Origin: Yuukianura sp. NJ FZ-2021
Lineage: Eukaryota
Assembly: GCA_046563655.1 (NCBI GenBank)
Contig: CM102289.1
Span: forward strand, 3,968,001-4,032,000
Reading direction: 5' to 3'
DNA length: 64,000 nt
This document shows positions 1 through 13,937 of this stretch, in pieces. A program made the translations under genes and the position numbers. Positions within the stretch are counted from its first letter, which is position 1. Each line of letters starts with the position of its first letter. The notes beneath the pieces are model-generated. The model saw only the letters and a program-made list of their open reading frames with translations, was not told the DNA's origin and did not search any database.

Positions 1-892
1 GAACGAACCCTACTTGAGGCTGTTACGTGAGGCCCATAATGATGTCCATATAAGATGGGATATACTAGATTGATAAATTATACGTAACTTCAACATACTA
101 TTCACAAAAGCTCAGCGATTTTGCACAACTGAACTCAAGGAAACATTGAGAGTCAAAATAAAAACCGAAGAACCTCACTAATGTAAAAGTTGAAAACTAT
201 TTTACTTTGCTTGATTTTGCTTGATAATGTTCTACTAACTTTTCCAAATTGAGAAACAATTTTTTTTAAATAATCAATGCTAGTTGCAAAAGATATGCTA
301 TCAAGCTTTCATGGTTCTCACTTTGTTATTTTTAACCAATTACACTTCTTGCAAGATTTTCCGAAAAGTTTAGCAAGTGATGGACATACAAAACTTGAAA
401 AAAAAAAGTGTGGAACAAATGCTTGTAGGATAGGATGTATTGCACCGCCCGCTGTGTTAAAGTAGCTGCGGCTGCCAGATTTTGTACGAAATCGGATGAT
501 ATCATGTCGTCAGGTTAAATAAACTGAATTTTATATAATATAAAATTTGTTTTAATAGTAGGAACTTGCGTAAGTAATGTTTTGTATTAAAACCAAATCT
601 AGATTATGTGTTAATTCTACACAAGAGCGTTGGACTTTTAATTATTGATTAGTTAAGTACTAGCTACTATTCTTCAACAACAGTTTGAAAATCAAAGTGA
701 TAACCTAACATGGAATCATTTGAGCAAGACACAGTAATCTCTTTTGTAGGATTTGTCCATTGAGAGGAGGTTGATCCTCTGCGTCTATTTTCAAAAACAA
801 TTAAGAAGTAGGAAACTGAATACTTGGATTTGTACATAATTACTCTGCGAGTTGCTGTCTAATGTGAATCCAGCATTGCGTTTAGAGTTAGT

Positions 893-2906
893 TCAGACAC
901 TGCTATCAGCCGAAACCAAAGTCTGGTCGCTGCCATCGTCTTCAACTTCCTTCTTCTTGGGATGCCCATTTCTTTTTGTGAGACAATGTATGGACAACGA
1001 TATTGAAAAAATTGACACAGGAATTGCGAGGATTCCCCACAAGAGAGGTGCGACAGCTTCCGACCTCTGTGCCGAAGGTTGAGGGTCAGTTGGGCATTCC
1101 TGCCAAAAAATCCCGTTAAGAAATTCGTTACTTCCGCTTCTTTCGAAGAAGTTAGCACATCTAGTTCCGATCACCGAAGTAGCAGAGTCTAAACGTTTGC
1201 AGAACTTTCTCAAATGATCAATCCTGGCAGCAAGTGCTCGTCCAGGACAGTTCTCAGATGGAGCGTCGGGTTCTGAAAAATTTCAAAAATTCAAAAACTT
1301 CAAAATGGCTAAATTAATTTGTTGTGCTGTTTTCTGTCTACCTGGATCTACATTGCACTGTGACAAAATGAAGGGTGTCCATTCGGATTGACTCGAGCAT
1401 AAACCAATGGCCTGCCATTCAGTACAAATTCCGTCCAATTGTTGAAAGAAATATGGGATTTGATGCAATTCGTGATCCCAGATTCTCTCGAGGTTACGCT
1501 CCAGTAATCCACAGCGATCCATGCCCATGTCCCACTAATTTTAGATCAACAAATCATAAAACAAGTAAGTAAATGAGAAGCGCAATTATTGTTGAGCATT
1601 TGCAATATTTGGGCTTTTCAGACTCATGCGCAAGTTATAGGCTTTGAATTAGGCTGTGAATATTTTTTACCACGCAATGCTTACCCGTTGGCTCCTTGCT
1701 TTCAGTGTTGTGGGTGACGGTGCAAGTGTGTTAGCACTGGAGGTCACGGTTGTGGTCAACTCGGTGGTCGTTGTTATTTCAGTGGTTGGAATTGGCGTGG
1801 ATGAGGTTTCGTTGATTCCGAAAAAATATTCTCCCTTTACCTAATAATTGTTCGAATTATTAATGTTGGTAATGTCCAACCTGATAACGGTAAAACTAGC
1901 CTTCATAGTAAAACATTTCTTACGCATCCAGAATGTTGCTGAAAATTTTGCAGAAAACGTCTGATAAAGACGTCGACGCTGAGGATAGAACAATTTTGTA
2001 CCGACTTCATGAGACACGATGTAATCCTACGAAAAAACTCAAATATTACCAAATAGAAAAAGTTCGTCATAAAAATTGGATATAAATTTTTTACTAGTAT
2101 TTTCAAACGTACCCGCAAGGGTTGCCAAATGTTTTGTAAGATTTCTTGATGCAATTTTTCATAACATCTTGGAATTTTTCAAGACATTGTAAGAATCTTA
2201 CGTCCAAAATATCTTTAAAAAAATAAATACGAAATTGTATGATAAAACTATCAACTCCTTGGAAAATAGAAATTGAATTTAACAAATTGCATTTTCAGTC
2301 AAACTCTTACAGCGGACGGATTGCTGACTTTCACATATCCTGTGAACCAAGTTTCCTAAGTACACAAAAATGGATTGATATTTCGGACCCCAGCATCGCT
2401 TAATCCAAGGCTGAGTTGTATTTCCAAAACAGTCCCACAGCGTAGGAATTACTTCACACATTCTTAGCAATTCCTCTTTCCATGGCAGAAAAGATGCAAT
2501 TGATGTCATTTTTGGCAATTTGACTAAAGCACGTCCCATCTGATAAAAGTGCTTTTGAGTAAGTCCAGCAAGATTTGGCATTATGGAAGTTGTGACACAT
2601 TCATAGATTTTTGCTTCCTAACCAAAAAAAAAAAATAGAAGACAGAAACTATAACTTTTCGAAAGCGAGTTCTTACTGCAGTAGATTTTTGTTTTTACTA
2701 ACTGTATTTGTTCGATTAAAGTCAGGATCAATTGAATCTTGCACTTTCTTGCAACTTCGATCAGTGTAGCTCAACCCAACATTCAGGTGAGCTCGGAAGA
2801 GGTTCCGCACAAACTGCAAATCCACTGTGGCGTTTGGATCTAGAATTGCCGCTGCGCATGTGCAGACAAGCAGCACTCTTAAACCAGCGTGGAATCCTGT
2901 CTTCAT
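893..2906 (-). CDS. Uncharacterised Cys-rich type I membrane protein (multi-exon)
   Basis: Signal peptide MKTGFHAGLRVLLVCTCAAA (2906). Exon fragments with GT/AG ends at ~2580-2310, 2215-2112, 2026-1924, 1840-1686, 1545-1342 and 1272-893. Two Cys-rich blocks are separated by a Thr-rich linker (SSTPIPTTEITTTTELTTT). The C-terminal TM LLWGILAIPVSIFSISLSIHCL is followed by KR..KKK. Internal exon boundaries are approximate. Confidence 0.65.
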
Positions 2907-5554
2907 TGTTCCAATTTCCCAAGGCGTCCTTTCGTGCTAGAGATTTAGCACTGTTCAGTTTTGCTGACTGCGGTTTGATCCTGTTCTCAGAAACTTCAGC
3001 GTCAGAATGGTGTGATCTGTGATTGTACGGGAATCGATTTGTGAAAAAAAGTTTATGGAATTTCTTACTACTGTTAGCAGTTAAGAAGAGTCAAATTTAA
3101 TGTGATCCTATCGAGAAAAAGTTGTTGACTTGTCAAATTAGACAAAGACAAAATCATTTAAGATAATATTGGTTTACAGTTAAGCCTTGATGACGTTGCA
3201 TCGATATGTTAAGGGAGGCTTTTAGTTCCAGCAGCCAAGACTGAATGTGAAATTGAACAATGTTGATGTTTATAAACAATGGAAATATTTGTAGGTTATG
3301 TGTACAAGTGACACTGAATTCCTACGCCATTGTTCAAATTTTATAGTTCTAGTAAAAATTCTTAACTGGAAAATGCTTCATTGAATCAAACGGCACATCT
3401 AAACTAACAAACAAATTTTTAACGTAATTTAATAAAGCAAAAGGCTTCAAAAGTTTTCTTTTGAAAAGCGCTGCATCGCAGTAAGTCATGACTTTAATTC
3501 GTGTCAAAAATGCTGTCTTTAGCGCTATAGAACCAAGCCCATTTTTTGAACTAACAGAAATTCCAGCGTATTGCAAGCAAGAACTCCTAACAATTTACAC
3601 TAATAAAACAATCGAAATTTAGTGGAAAACTTTAAAGCCAATAATTGCCTAGACGCGTCGTTGCTAACTAATGCTTGAGCAATGGAATTGAAAATCGTGA
3701 GAGTGAAACAAGAGACGGAAAAGTCATTGGGTTAATTACCATTTGACATTGATTAAAGTCCAAAACCAGCGTGGGAACTTGAATCTTGATTTCGTCTTTG
3801 CAAAAACTAAATGTTGTAGTGGCTAAATTATAAAAAGTATTAAAAATATTGAATTACTTTGGTAGATAAGCACTTTGGCAGAAACTTACTGTAAGTTATA
3901 ATTTCCTTCTTTAAAATCACTGATGACAGCTCTTTTTTTTTACTTTGTATTATTGAGTATAGTTTCAAAGTTTGAAGTTCAAATGATTGAAACTCAGCGT
4001 CCTTTTTAGTGCGTGGTACATTTACGTATGACGATATGATGATAACAAACAAACTTTAGAAAAAATTGAAAGAAAGTTTTAATACATTGTATATCACGTA
4101 ATCGTAAAGTAACTGTAATAGTGAGTGGATTCTAGATTAATCTCAAAACTCTACCAATGGAAAATGCTGACAAGTCAAAATTTGTGTTAAAAAAATATCA
4201 CAAGGCTTTCATAAATCCAGTTTTTATATTTTTCTAGACAGAAATTACGCATCTCGTGGAATTCCCTGATTTCCAACTCTACTTTTTTGTGCAGACTTGA
4301 CAATTTTCAGAAATCTTGTAAAAGTGAGACCACCGGAAACCTAGATTAGCAATTTTAATTCATTGGCTGGCTTTGATTAGAATAGCTACACTCAAGCGGT
4401 CTAAACTCTGCACCTTAATCAAATCACACTCTAAATTGAAGGAAAGTGTTGTAAGATTTGAAAGTCAGAGAAAACGAGAAAAAGTGATAAAAGACGCTCA
4501 TATGATTCCGTAGCAAGAGCAACCAGCATCACTGTCTTCGCTGTCAAACTTATGTTGACTTCAACCATGTACAAACTTTGCTATAAATGAATGAGGGGAT
4601 GGTAGAACGTTGATCTTAAATTCGACTCAGCAGTTTAAGGTCACTCAATGGATGGGCGTGGCCTTGACGTCCTTAGTTGCCAATGACAACATGCCATCCT
4701 TGCAAAATAAAAAGCCCGCGAATCCCGAAATTAGCAATAACCTATTCATAGAACTGTTCGAGTATACTTCAAAATTATGATGTTTAAAGGCCATAAACAA
4801 GTTTGCAAGTTCAAAAAAAATTTGTGTTTCCTATCATTTCTGGATATAATTTTCTATAATTTTCCATCAAACAAATCAAAGTTTTGGGTGCCTATCTAGA
4901 AACTTGGGTTGTATAGCTAATCAAATTCTCAATATTTCTTGAATATATTGTAAAGTAATTGAGCCTTATTTTTTAATTAATTTTAACTTTTTGTAACCCA
5001 TAAGCATATTTTGTATTTTAAAATCTAGCTAAATTTACAGCCAGAAACTGTATTTTAGAATGAAAATAATGAATATAAACTTTTCTTTTCTAAGTGCTTG
5101 CGTATTTATCTTCAAAATTTCACCTTATGGCACAACTTGGCAATGGATTCCTACCAACATGACATGATAAATTCGTCAAATTTGAACCGGAGCAAATCCG
5201 CGTTTCTTCCTGGCTGCCATACGCCTGGTGTGTGGTGTCCATAGAACGAGAAGCAATAGGCTTTTGATTAATAGTTTAAATGTACTAAAACGGCTTATCG
5301 CTAATACCCAATCCGACTGGATTTGTGATTATGATTAAATACTTGTTGGTGTCAAAACAGGGATTAGCAAAATATTCACAATGCTCACTTAATTGTCCAA
5401 ATTCCTTTGGAGTGGATGGCTTAATCAAAAACAATTGTTAATCTAATCCGAATTTCAGTAAAAATTCCTATGAAAGTAGAGTAGCAGTAAACAGTTGAAG
5501 TTAGTCAGGGTTCTCGTCGTGACACGGTCAATTGGCCATACTTCAACTTCAGTC

Positions 5555-8500
5555 ATGTCGGATCCGAAGGCCTTGCACAGGGTCAGTTTCTCCGCGCTAA
5601 ATGCTCCAACGTTAGAAGAAATCCGACGGAGCGAAGAGTCTTCTACAAGTGGAAATCCACTTGGCCATTATTTTGATGCAAACCTTCAAGTGCCACAAAA
5701 TGGTAGTACGCAAAACAGCCGAAATGCATCATCAGATTCGGACTCCTCGGAATCCGCTAAAGAAGAATCGTACGTTGGCACTTATGTCTCCCGCTACGCA
5801 AACTCAACCGGACATGGGACAGAAGCACTGCCAAGAATTGACAACTTTCGTGACATGTACTCTGTACATGCTAGCAAAACCAGACCTACAATCGACGAAC
5901 TCCACGGACATGCTCCACATGATCATTTCGCCGAATCACCTGTAAAATAACAATAGTATTGTTTACAAGAACAATATTATTTGCCATAAACTTTAAAAAA
6001 CTCAATACAAAAAGTTTAATTTGAAAAATTGAACTGCGCTTTTATTTCTAGAAAGCTGCTGTAATGGTTCAGCCCGAAGATGCGCCTCCTCTTAAAGGCA
6101 AAGTCATCAAATTCACTTGGCTTGAAGGCGTCTTGGTGAGTTTCAAATTCCAAGTAAAATTCCCACGCGCCTGCGCTTTTAACTAATAACCGATTTACGT
6201 CGATCTATAACAACTCAAAAGCACATTGAAGTTACGACCATAAATCAGGGAAAAACACTAGCGTGTCAAATTCAAACAGTAATTGCTTGAAGTGGGTGAT
6301 GGAAGGATTTGTTGGGTGATAAAAGAGATCAACGGATTTGCAGAATTGTTTTTGTATGAATTTTTGTGTTTTAGAGATTAAGCTGTGCCAATTTATGAGG
6401 TGTTCTGAGTTTAATAATTGACAGCTTGGATGGACTGAAATAATTTGTATTGGAGTGCCGGATTAAGCGATAAGATTGAACAAAAATGTTAACGCTGAAG
6501 TGCGTGTAACTTGTTGTTGTCTGTTTTGTTGTAGGATAAACTTTCCGAGATTTCACAAATTTGGGAAACCCGTGCAAAGAATTTTGAATTGATGTTGCAA
6601 GACTAGGAAGGGAATTAAAACTGCTAATGTTAAACATCGTTGATTAATTCTTTTTGCATTTTGATGCTAGATGAGATGTCTTCTAAACATTTGGGGCGTA
6701 CTTCTGTTCATTCGGCTCTCATGGGTCATTGGACAAGCGGGAGTATGTGAGTTATTTATTCAATTCAATTTTTGTAATTTTAGTATAAAAATTTGACGTT
6801 GTAAAATATCAATTGATTTTAAACAGTTGAAGGGCTGTTGGCCATTTCATGGGCCAATGTGACCACTTTCATCACTGCTCTGTCCATGTCCGCTGTAAGT
6901 ACAAACGGTCAGATCAAAGGCGGCGGCATCTACTACATGATTTCAAGGTATTTCAAAATATAAATACCTTAATTTAAATCATTTGCGTTAGAAAAGGGAT
7001 GTCCAAGTCCAATTCAGTATGTTTCGGTTTGGTGAAATTGAATTTGCAAAAAAGTAAAAATGCTAAAATGAAAATCATAACTTTCTCCTCAGAAGAGATC
7101 CAAATTGACCTGGGGTGGAAGAATTTTCATTTTTTTTTTGTGTAGGGTCATATGACATCTCATTATGCTTTACATGTTGAATGCTCTAGGTCTTTGGGTC
7201 CAGAATTCGGAGCAGCAATTGGTCTTCTCTTCACGATTGCCAATTCAATTTCAGTTGCGTTGCACATTGTTGGCTTTTGTGAGTCGCTGTTGGATCTGTT
7301 TGAAGTGACGAATGTTCCGCATATTATCGATGGTGCAGCCAATGACACGAGAATCATTGGCATTGCCGTTTTGATATGCATTTTGATCCTCGTCTTTGTC
7401 GGAATGGATTGGGTTACACGGGTAACTAACATTTTATACTTGAGCAAATCCTTACGAAGCCTTGAGTTAGTGAACAAATTACTTTGCAGACTCAAATGTT
7501 AATGTTGGTGATCCTTGTTGCTGCGCAAGTCGACTTTATTGTTGGCAGTATCATTGGTCCTATAAGTGACGAGGAGAAGGCAAAAGGATACGTTGGATAC
7601 AACTGTAAGTTGGTTGCTAGTCCCTCCGATGCACAAACACCTGAAATTAAAATCAACTAACTTTCTTTAAAATCTTTAAATTTTATTTCTTAATATTAGT
7701 GGAAACATTAAAAACAAATTTGTACTCCGACTATGGACCAGGCGCCGGCGATGACACGCAAATCCACGACTTCTTTTCCGTTTTCGGAGTTTTCTTTCCT
7801 GCTGTCACAGGTAAATTCCTACTTTACTTAAAATTACCAAAAACCAACCGACGCTACGTCAACAGCGTTACAATCCACACGAGGTATGGAAATTCTAACA
7901 TTTTGTTTTCTTAAAAATTGTTTAGGCATTGTTGCGGGTGCGAACTTAAGTGGGGATTTAAAGGATCCCGCGTCTGCCATTCCAAAAGGAACGCTTCTCG
8001 CCATTGGCATTACATATTTGTCTTACGTCAGTTATGGAGTGATGCTGGCTGCAACGACCTTGAGAGAAGCGTCAGGAAATGTCACGGAATACCTCAACAA
8101 TTCACACACTGCCTGTGCAGTTGACGACTCATGCGCGTACGGTCTATTGGAAAGTACTCAGGTGAGGACCAACGAACTTTCGAAATTATCAATTTTGCAA
8201 ACAAATTAACTCTGGATTAGCGTTGCATTGAAGAGGATAATCCTCTAAATCCATATTGCATCATGTGACTACTGAAATATCACGTTACATTTAAATTTCA
8301 AGGTTATGGAGCTAGTTTCCTCGTGGGGACCTCTCATCTACATGGGTGGATTTGCAGCTTCACTGTCATCAGCCATTGCCTCTTTGGTCGGAGCTCCTCG
8401 AGTACTTCAAGTAAATCAAAATCAAAATACTTAAAAAGAATCAACATTATGAAATGCAACATTGTTCAACTTTTGAAAAAAAAATTCTGTCTTTAGGCAC

Positions 8501-10837
8501 TGGCTCGTGATAAAATTTATCCCAAGATTGAATTTTTTGCACCAGGCTATGGAGCCAACAATGATCCAGTTCGTGGCTACGTTTTAGTATTTTTCATCGC
8601 ATTGGGTTTCGTACTGGTAGCAGATCTCAATGCTATTGCTCCTATGCTCTCAAACATTTTTCTAGCAGCCTACTGCTTGATTAATTTTTCATGCTTTCAT
8701 GCCACAATTACAAAGTCACCAGGATGGCGTCCTAGTTTCAAATATTACAACAAATGGGTTAGCCTCATTGGAAGTGGTCTCTGCATCTCCGCTATGTTTT
8801 TGCTGGTAATTTCATTTATTAATTAAAAAATAATGACTTAAATATTTAACAGACAAAAAATTGATTTGTAATGTTCATTTTGTGTTTTATTTTTATTTAG
8901 AACTGGGTCACAGCTCTCATGACGGTTGTAATCACTTTCTTTTTGTACTTGTTCGTCACGTAAGTCAGTCTAGGCTTTTGGTGATTTAGAAGTCATTTTC
9001 TTCATTTCTGACAACTTTTGTGCAGATACCGTGGTCCGCAAGTCAATTGGGGATCGTCGACGCAGGCGCAATCTTACAACTCTGCATTGACATCTGTCCT
9101 TGGACTTCAGAAAGTCGAGGAACACACAAAGAACTACAGGCCACAAATCCTCGTCCTTAGTGGTTTTCCTTCGAGTCGCCCAGCTCTAATTGATTTTTCT
9201 CACCTTCTAGTCAAAAATATTTCACTGCTGATTTGTGGTCACGTTGTGACAGTTCCAGCTCACACTAGAGCTAGAAATGCTCTTTCGCGCCATGCCAACA
9301 ATTGGATGACACTTCAAAAGAAGAAAGGTTTTTACGCCCTAATAGAAGCACCCACGGTGGAACAGGGTGCGTATTCACTGATGCAGGCAGTGGGTTTGGG
9401 CAAGTTGAAACCCAACATGGTTCTGATGGGATACAAAAACAATTGGATGACAAGCAGCAAGGAAGATGTGGCGCAATATTTTAAACTTTTTAAGTAAAGC
9501 CAGTTCGGCCTGGAAGCTTTTTTTAAAATTTTTGAATGCTACTAATAACTTTTTTTTTCTGTTAAACGCGTTTAGTGAGATTCTGAAAATGCATTTGGCT
9601 GTTGGAATTCTACGAGTTGAAGATGGCCTTGACATTTCTGCTCAAATCGAAGACGAGGGTCAAGTGGCTTTAAGGAAGCTTTACGAACATGCAAGGAGAC
9701 ATGAGGACGTTCCTAGAATTGTCCAGAACGACAAGGAAGGTATAACATAAGCAAAATCATACAAACAAAAATGAACTATCTGCATATGTAAACGTATATT
9801 TTCATGTCGTCAGCAAATATTTAGTTCAATGAAATTCGTTTTGCAGTGGCTGTAATTGACGCGCCTAAGGAAGAAGAGGAGCAATCGCCGACAGCAGCCG
9901 ATTTGAACTCGCGTGTTGTTGTGGCTCCGGACAATAATTTGCTCCAGGTCAAAGAAACTGGGAGCAAGAAGAAAGGCAGGAAAATTTCCGCTTCACTGAT
10001 GTATCCCGGTATCAACGGGACTACGCTACCAAGAGATCAATTGGACAAAATCACGCAGTTCCAGAAGAAGCAAGCTGCGGGGGTGATTGACGTCTGGTGG
10101 CTATACGATGGTATCATATGCTTTTACAAAATTCAAAAAAACTGAAGACTTTTTAAATCTAAATTTTCTAAACTGGCAACCTTTTTTGTAGATGGCGGAC
10201 TTACGCTCCTTCTACCGTACATTCTGACTCTGCGTAGTCAATACGCTAATTGCAAATTGAGAATCTTTTCGCTAACAAGCAGACAAGAGGAATTTGCACA
10301 AGAGCAACGAAAGTGAGTGAAATAATTTTGAAAAAAGTAAACTATAACCACACTTTAAAAAAAATTCACTTTTAAATACCTTTTTTTTGTGAAAATAGCA
10401 TGGCAGCACTGTTGGCTAAACTGAGAATAGAATTCTCCGACATTATCGTCATTCCGGACATAACAAAGAAAGCAGATGAGGCTACAAAGCGTGAATTCGA
10501 TTCAATGATAGAGCCGCTCATGTACAAAACCATCTTCGACTCGGAATTGATTGCGGTGCGGGAAAAAACGAATCGTCATCTTAGGCTGAGGGAACTGCTT
10601 AACCAGTATTCTAAACAGTCCGCATTGATTGTCATGTAATTTCATCAAAAGTATTCAAATCAATATTTTTCAAAATTATATGAAATTTTTTTCTTTTGTA
10701 GGACATTGATGGTACCAAAAGCTGACACTGTGCCGCCCGCAATTTACATCGCGTGGCTCGAAATCATGAGCCGTGGAATGCCTCCGTTTTTATTTGTACG
10801 TGGAAATCAGACTTCAGTCCTCACATTCTACGCCTAA
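5555..10837 (+). CDS. NKCC: Na-K-2Cl cotransporter (SLC12A1/2/3 family), multi-exon
   Basis: N-terminal regulatory segment ([10 protein letters not shown]...RPTIDELH), [114 protein letters not shown], and the end [12 protein letters not shown] (TAA 10835-10837). Confidence 0.96.
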
Positions 10838-11025
10838 CTTCAGCAACTCTATTTTTTGGCAAATTGCTAACACAGTATCTACTAGTTAACCAAAAAAGTT
10901 GAAATCTTTAAACGGGTAATCTAAATTAAAGGTTTCTAGAAAATCGTTACGAAATTTCAAAAATGATCGCTGCATTTCGTTCGTCTTTTTGGCAATTTCA
11001 AATCGCAATTCTTCTGCATCGACTT

Positions 11026-12630
11026 CTAATTTATGCTTACTCCGGTGGAGTCTCGAACTCTTTTGTTTCCTCGTGTTTGTGTCACTTCTGCAGTGACTAC
11101 TTCCCGTTTTCGTTTTCTTACAACCAAAGCGATCACTGCGATGATGATGATCAGCAAAACAATGACACCGAGGACAATGCCAGCAATTTCACCTGGATGT
11201 AGCCCTTGTAGTTCTAAAAAATGAATTGTGTTAGAGTAAGAGTCAGTTTCATTTAAGCATAACCAACCTAAATACGTAGTGATTACAACGACTACTTACC
11301 CCTGACATCCACTACGCATGCGTTAATGTTCTTATTGTAGGGGTCAGTAGTCAGAATCCGAACATATGGAGTACAACACGAAGTTTTCACCCACACTCGA
11401 ACACGATCCTGAGTTCCCGGTGTAACAAGCAATCCTGGCGGATCGGATTCAATTCCCCCTGAAAATTTAAAAATACCAAAACTGTTTCGACTTTCCGTAT
11501 TGAAAATGTTATCAATCAGTGTTGGATTTGAAATATTTCACTTTTCAGTGAGAAATGAAAAAAAAATTGAAAAACCTCAAAAATACATGAAATGAAATCA
11601 ACTTTTTCAGCTTCCTTAATTTATTTCACTGATAAGCTGAAATATTTCAATATCTTTCACTTTCTTTCAATTTGTTTCAGTGAAATGAAACAAAAAACAT
11701 AAGAGAAATTGTCAGTTATAATAATTTCACTTTTTCTCAATTTTTTGGTTTATTTCAGTTATTTCGGTTTTTTTCAGTGAAATGAAAAAAAAACCTCTTA
11801 AAGCTGGCATCTAGACGACACTGTTATAAATGTTTAAAAAAAAAAACAAAGGAGCGTCATACCTCCGAACGTTTGTACGATGGCATAAGCAGTCCACTCA
11901 TATTGGTAGCAGTACTCTGGATCAGTTCTGTATCTACAGTTGCCAGTGACGTAGCGATCATAACAAAATGGGCCATTTCCCCCGCCAAATTCTAACTGCA
12001 AAGAGGCCACATACAGAATGAGACAAAAAGCAAATCAGTTCCGATTGACCTCATTTTGCCAAACCCTTCTTCCTTTGCAGCAAGTAAAAATTTCATAACA
12101 AAACGATCTTACTTACGTCACTTCCTGGGTAAAGTATTGTTCTTTTGACAAGGGCGGAATGCCGCTTCCCCTCTTCTGCAGAATTACTTTCAAATTTCAG
12201 CAAAATATTTCTGCAAAACGTTTTAAGTACTTAACTGATAATTTATTTTAATTGCTTAAAGCTCTAAAAATTTCTTACCCTTCGATGTCGGATGCTTTTG
12301 ACTCGGCCTCGTTCTGGACAATGAAAATATAAAGTTATATTAATTTTGAACTAATTGTAAGACGAAAAAATGCTTAATCTTAATCTTAATCTGAATCTGA
12401 ATCTTAAGTTTTGAACTTTTTCCTTTCACCTTTGGCGCTCCAATTTCAGTTGCACTCTGTTGCTGCTCTGCTTGTTTGGAAAAAACGGCAGATTCCGTTT
12501 CTGGAACAAGGGACTTGTTTGTGGGCTCCATTGGAAATGCCGCTTGACTTTGTGACGATGTTCCACTGCTCAAAACTATCAAAGCGACAAGGAGCAAGCG
12601 CAGACGACGAGAATTATTCAATTTTTTCAT
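11026..12630 (-). CDS. Small type I membrane protein with Cys-rich ectodomain (multi-exon)
   Basis: Signal peptide (RLLLVALIVLSSGTSS), then exons encoding EEGKRHSALVKRTILYPGSD / LEFGGGNGPFCYDRYVTGNCRYRTDPEYCYQYEWTAYAIVQTFG / GIESDPPGLL...SCCTPYVRILTTDPYNKNINACVVDVR / TM EIAGIVLGVIVLLIIIIAVIALVV-RKRKR. Canonical GT/AG flanks. Confidence 0.7.
11520..11800. repeat. AT-rich intronic repeat with recurring TTTCAGTGAAATGAAA-like units
   Basis: The unit recurs near 11543, 11676 and 11773 inside an enlarged intron. Possibly a degenerate MITE. Confidence 0.35.
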
Positions 12631-13568
12631 TCTTAAAAACAAGGAATAATTGGCAAAATTATTTTGAAAACAATCTCTTCTAATGTTAGTAAAGATAAAA
12701 AAGATGTAGATGTAGTAAACTAAAAAATAGAAAACTGAGGTTTAAGAATTTTTGCCTTCTGGCACGGTGCTGTGGTACGTTATGGATCTTGAGATTTGTT
12801 ACTGATGATCTGAAGGTAATTGGGGAGGGACACGGGAACAACAAGGTGCTAAAACCACTTCCGCCGCAACACCGTGATCTAGGAGGGTGGCAATTGGGAC
12901 TTTCCAGCATTGGTTCCACTTTAGTTTAATGACTCACATATCCTCACACTTCTAAAATCTCATTAAGTCACCCCCAAAAAGGTCTAGCCTTATGTTAATT
13001 AACGACAACAGAGATTAAATAAACGACTTAACAAATTTTCCCGATTTTTTAATAGCTGAGGTCGAAAACCCAAGTCAAGGTTTTCCGTTCTACTTTCCAA
13101 CATCAAGATTAACTCGCTTCTATTCGATTTAAGTAATCATCGAAAGATTCTTTTGAAAAGAAATTAGCGTAGAAAAAAGACTAGTAGCAAAAAAAAAATT
13201 GATGCAATAAGCGTACTTTGCTGTGCAACTTAAAAATAAAAATTTTCACTTTACCACATTTCAAATTTTGTTAAACAAAAATGTATAAAATGCATGAAAA
13301 TGAAAAGAACATTTCCGTCGAAACTTGGAAAATTCTTGCGGTTAGGAATTGAACAAAATTCTGGTTGCAGAATTTCCTTTAAACAAGTCAGGATATCCTT
13401 TTGGTTTCGAATTCTCAAAATCCAAATTATTATTTTCTTCAACTTTTGTGTGTCAAAAAATTGAATAATCATTGCACTTCTCGACCTCTAAGCTGCAAGT
13501 GTTAACTATTTACTTTACAATCTATTTTTCATTGTACATTGGCTGAAAAATCTCTCCTAATTGACAAT

Positions 13569-13937
13569 ATGAACTCAAAACTAATGATTATTTGTCTCGG
13601 CATAGCCATTTTCAGCGTCATCGCCGTTAACTGTCAGGATTATGGTAAGTGGCACAGTTTACTGAAGAGCAATAAGTTTATAAAACTTTTGAAATCAAAA
13701 TAATACACTATGAAACTATATTCAGACGATTTCGCTGATTCGGCTGAAAGCTTGGACATGAAGGACAGCGGCGATGAAGACGAAAGCGCTGATTTTGACA
13801 AAGAATCGGTTCGTTCCGAACGTCAAATCAGTTGTGAGATATCTCGCTGTGGCCAACAGATACATTGTCCAGGACGTTGTGCGCTTTCTGCTACACCTTG
13901 TGGTGGGAATCGCGTACAAACCGAATGCTGTTGTTAA
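13569..13937 (+). CDS. Secreted cysteine-rich prepropeptide (95 aa; toxin/antimicrobial-like)
   Basis: Exon 1 13569-13644 (MNSKLMIICLGIAIFSVIAVNCQDY, signal peptide), phase-1 intron 13645-13725 (GTAAGT...TTCAG), exon 2 13726-13937 with an acidic pro-region, RSER, then QISCEISRCGQQIHCPGRCALSATPCGGNRVQTECCC*. Confidence 0.85.

Noticed and set aside
3100..5490. Short ORFs upstream of NKCC
   Set aside because: AT-rich, with no motifs or coherent exon chain. Treated as intergenic/regulatory sequence.
12375..12410. KIQIQIKIKIK peptide in the ORF track
   Set aside because: It is a translation of an intronic (TAATCT/GAATCT)n hexamer repeat, not a protein motif.
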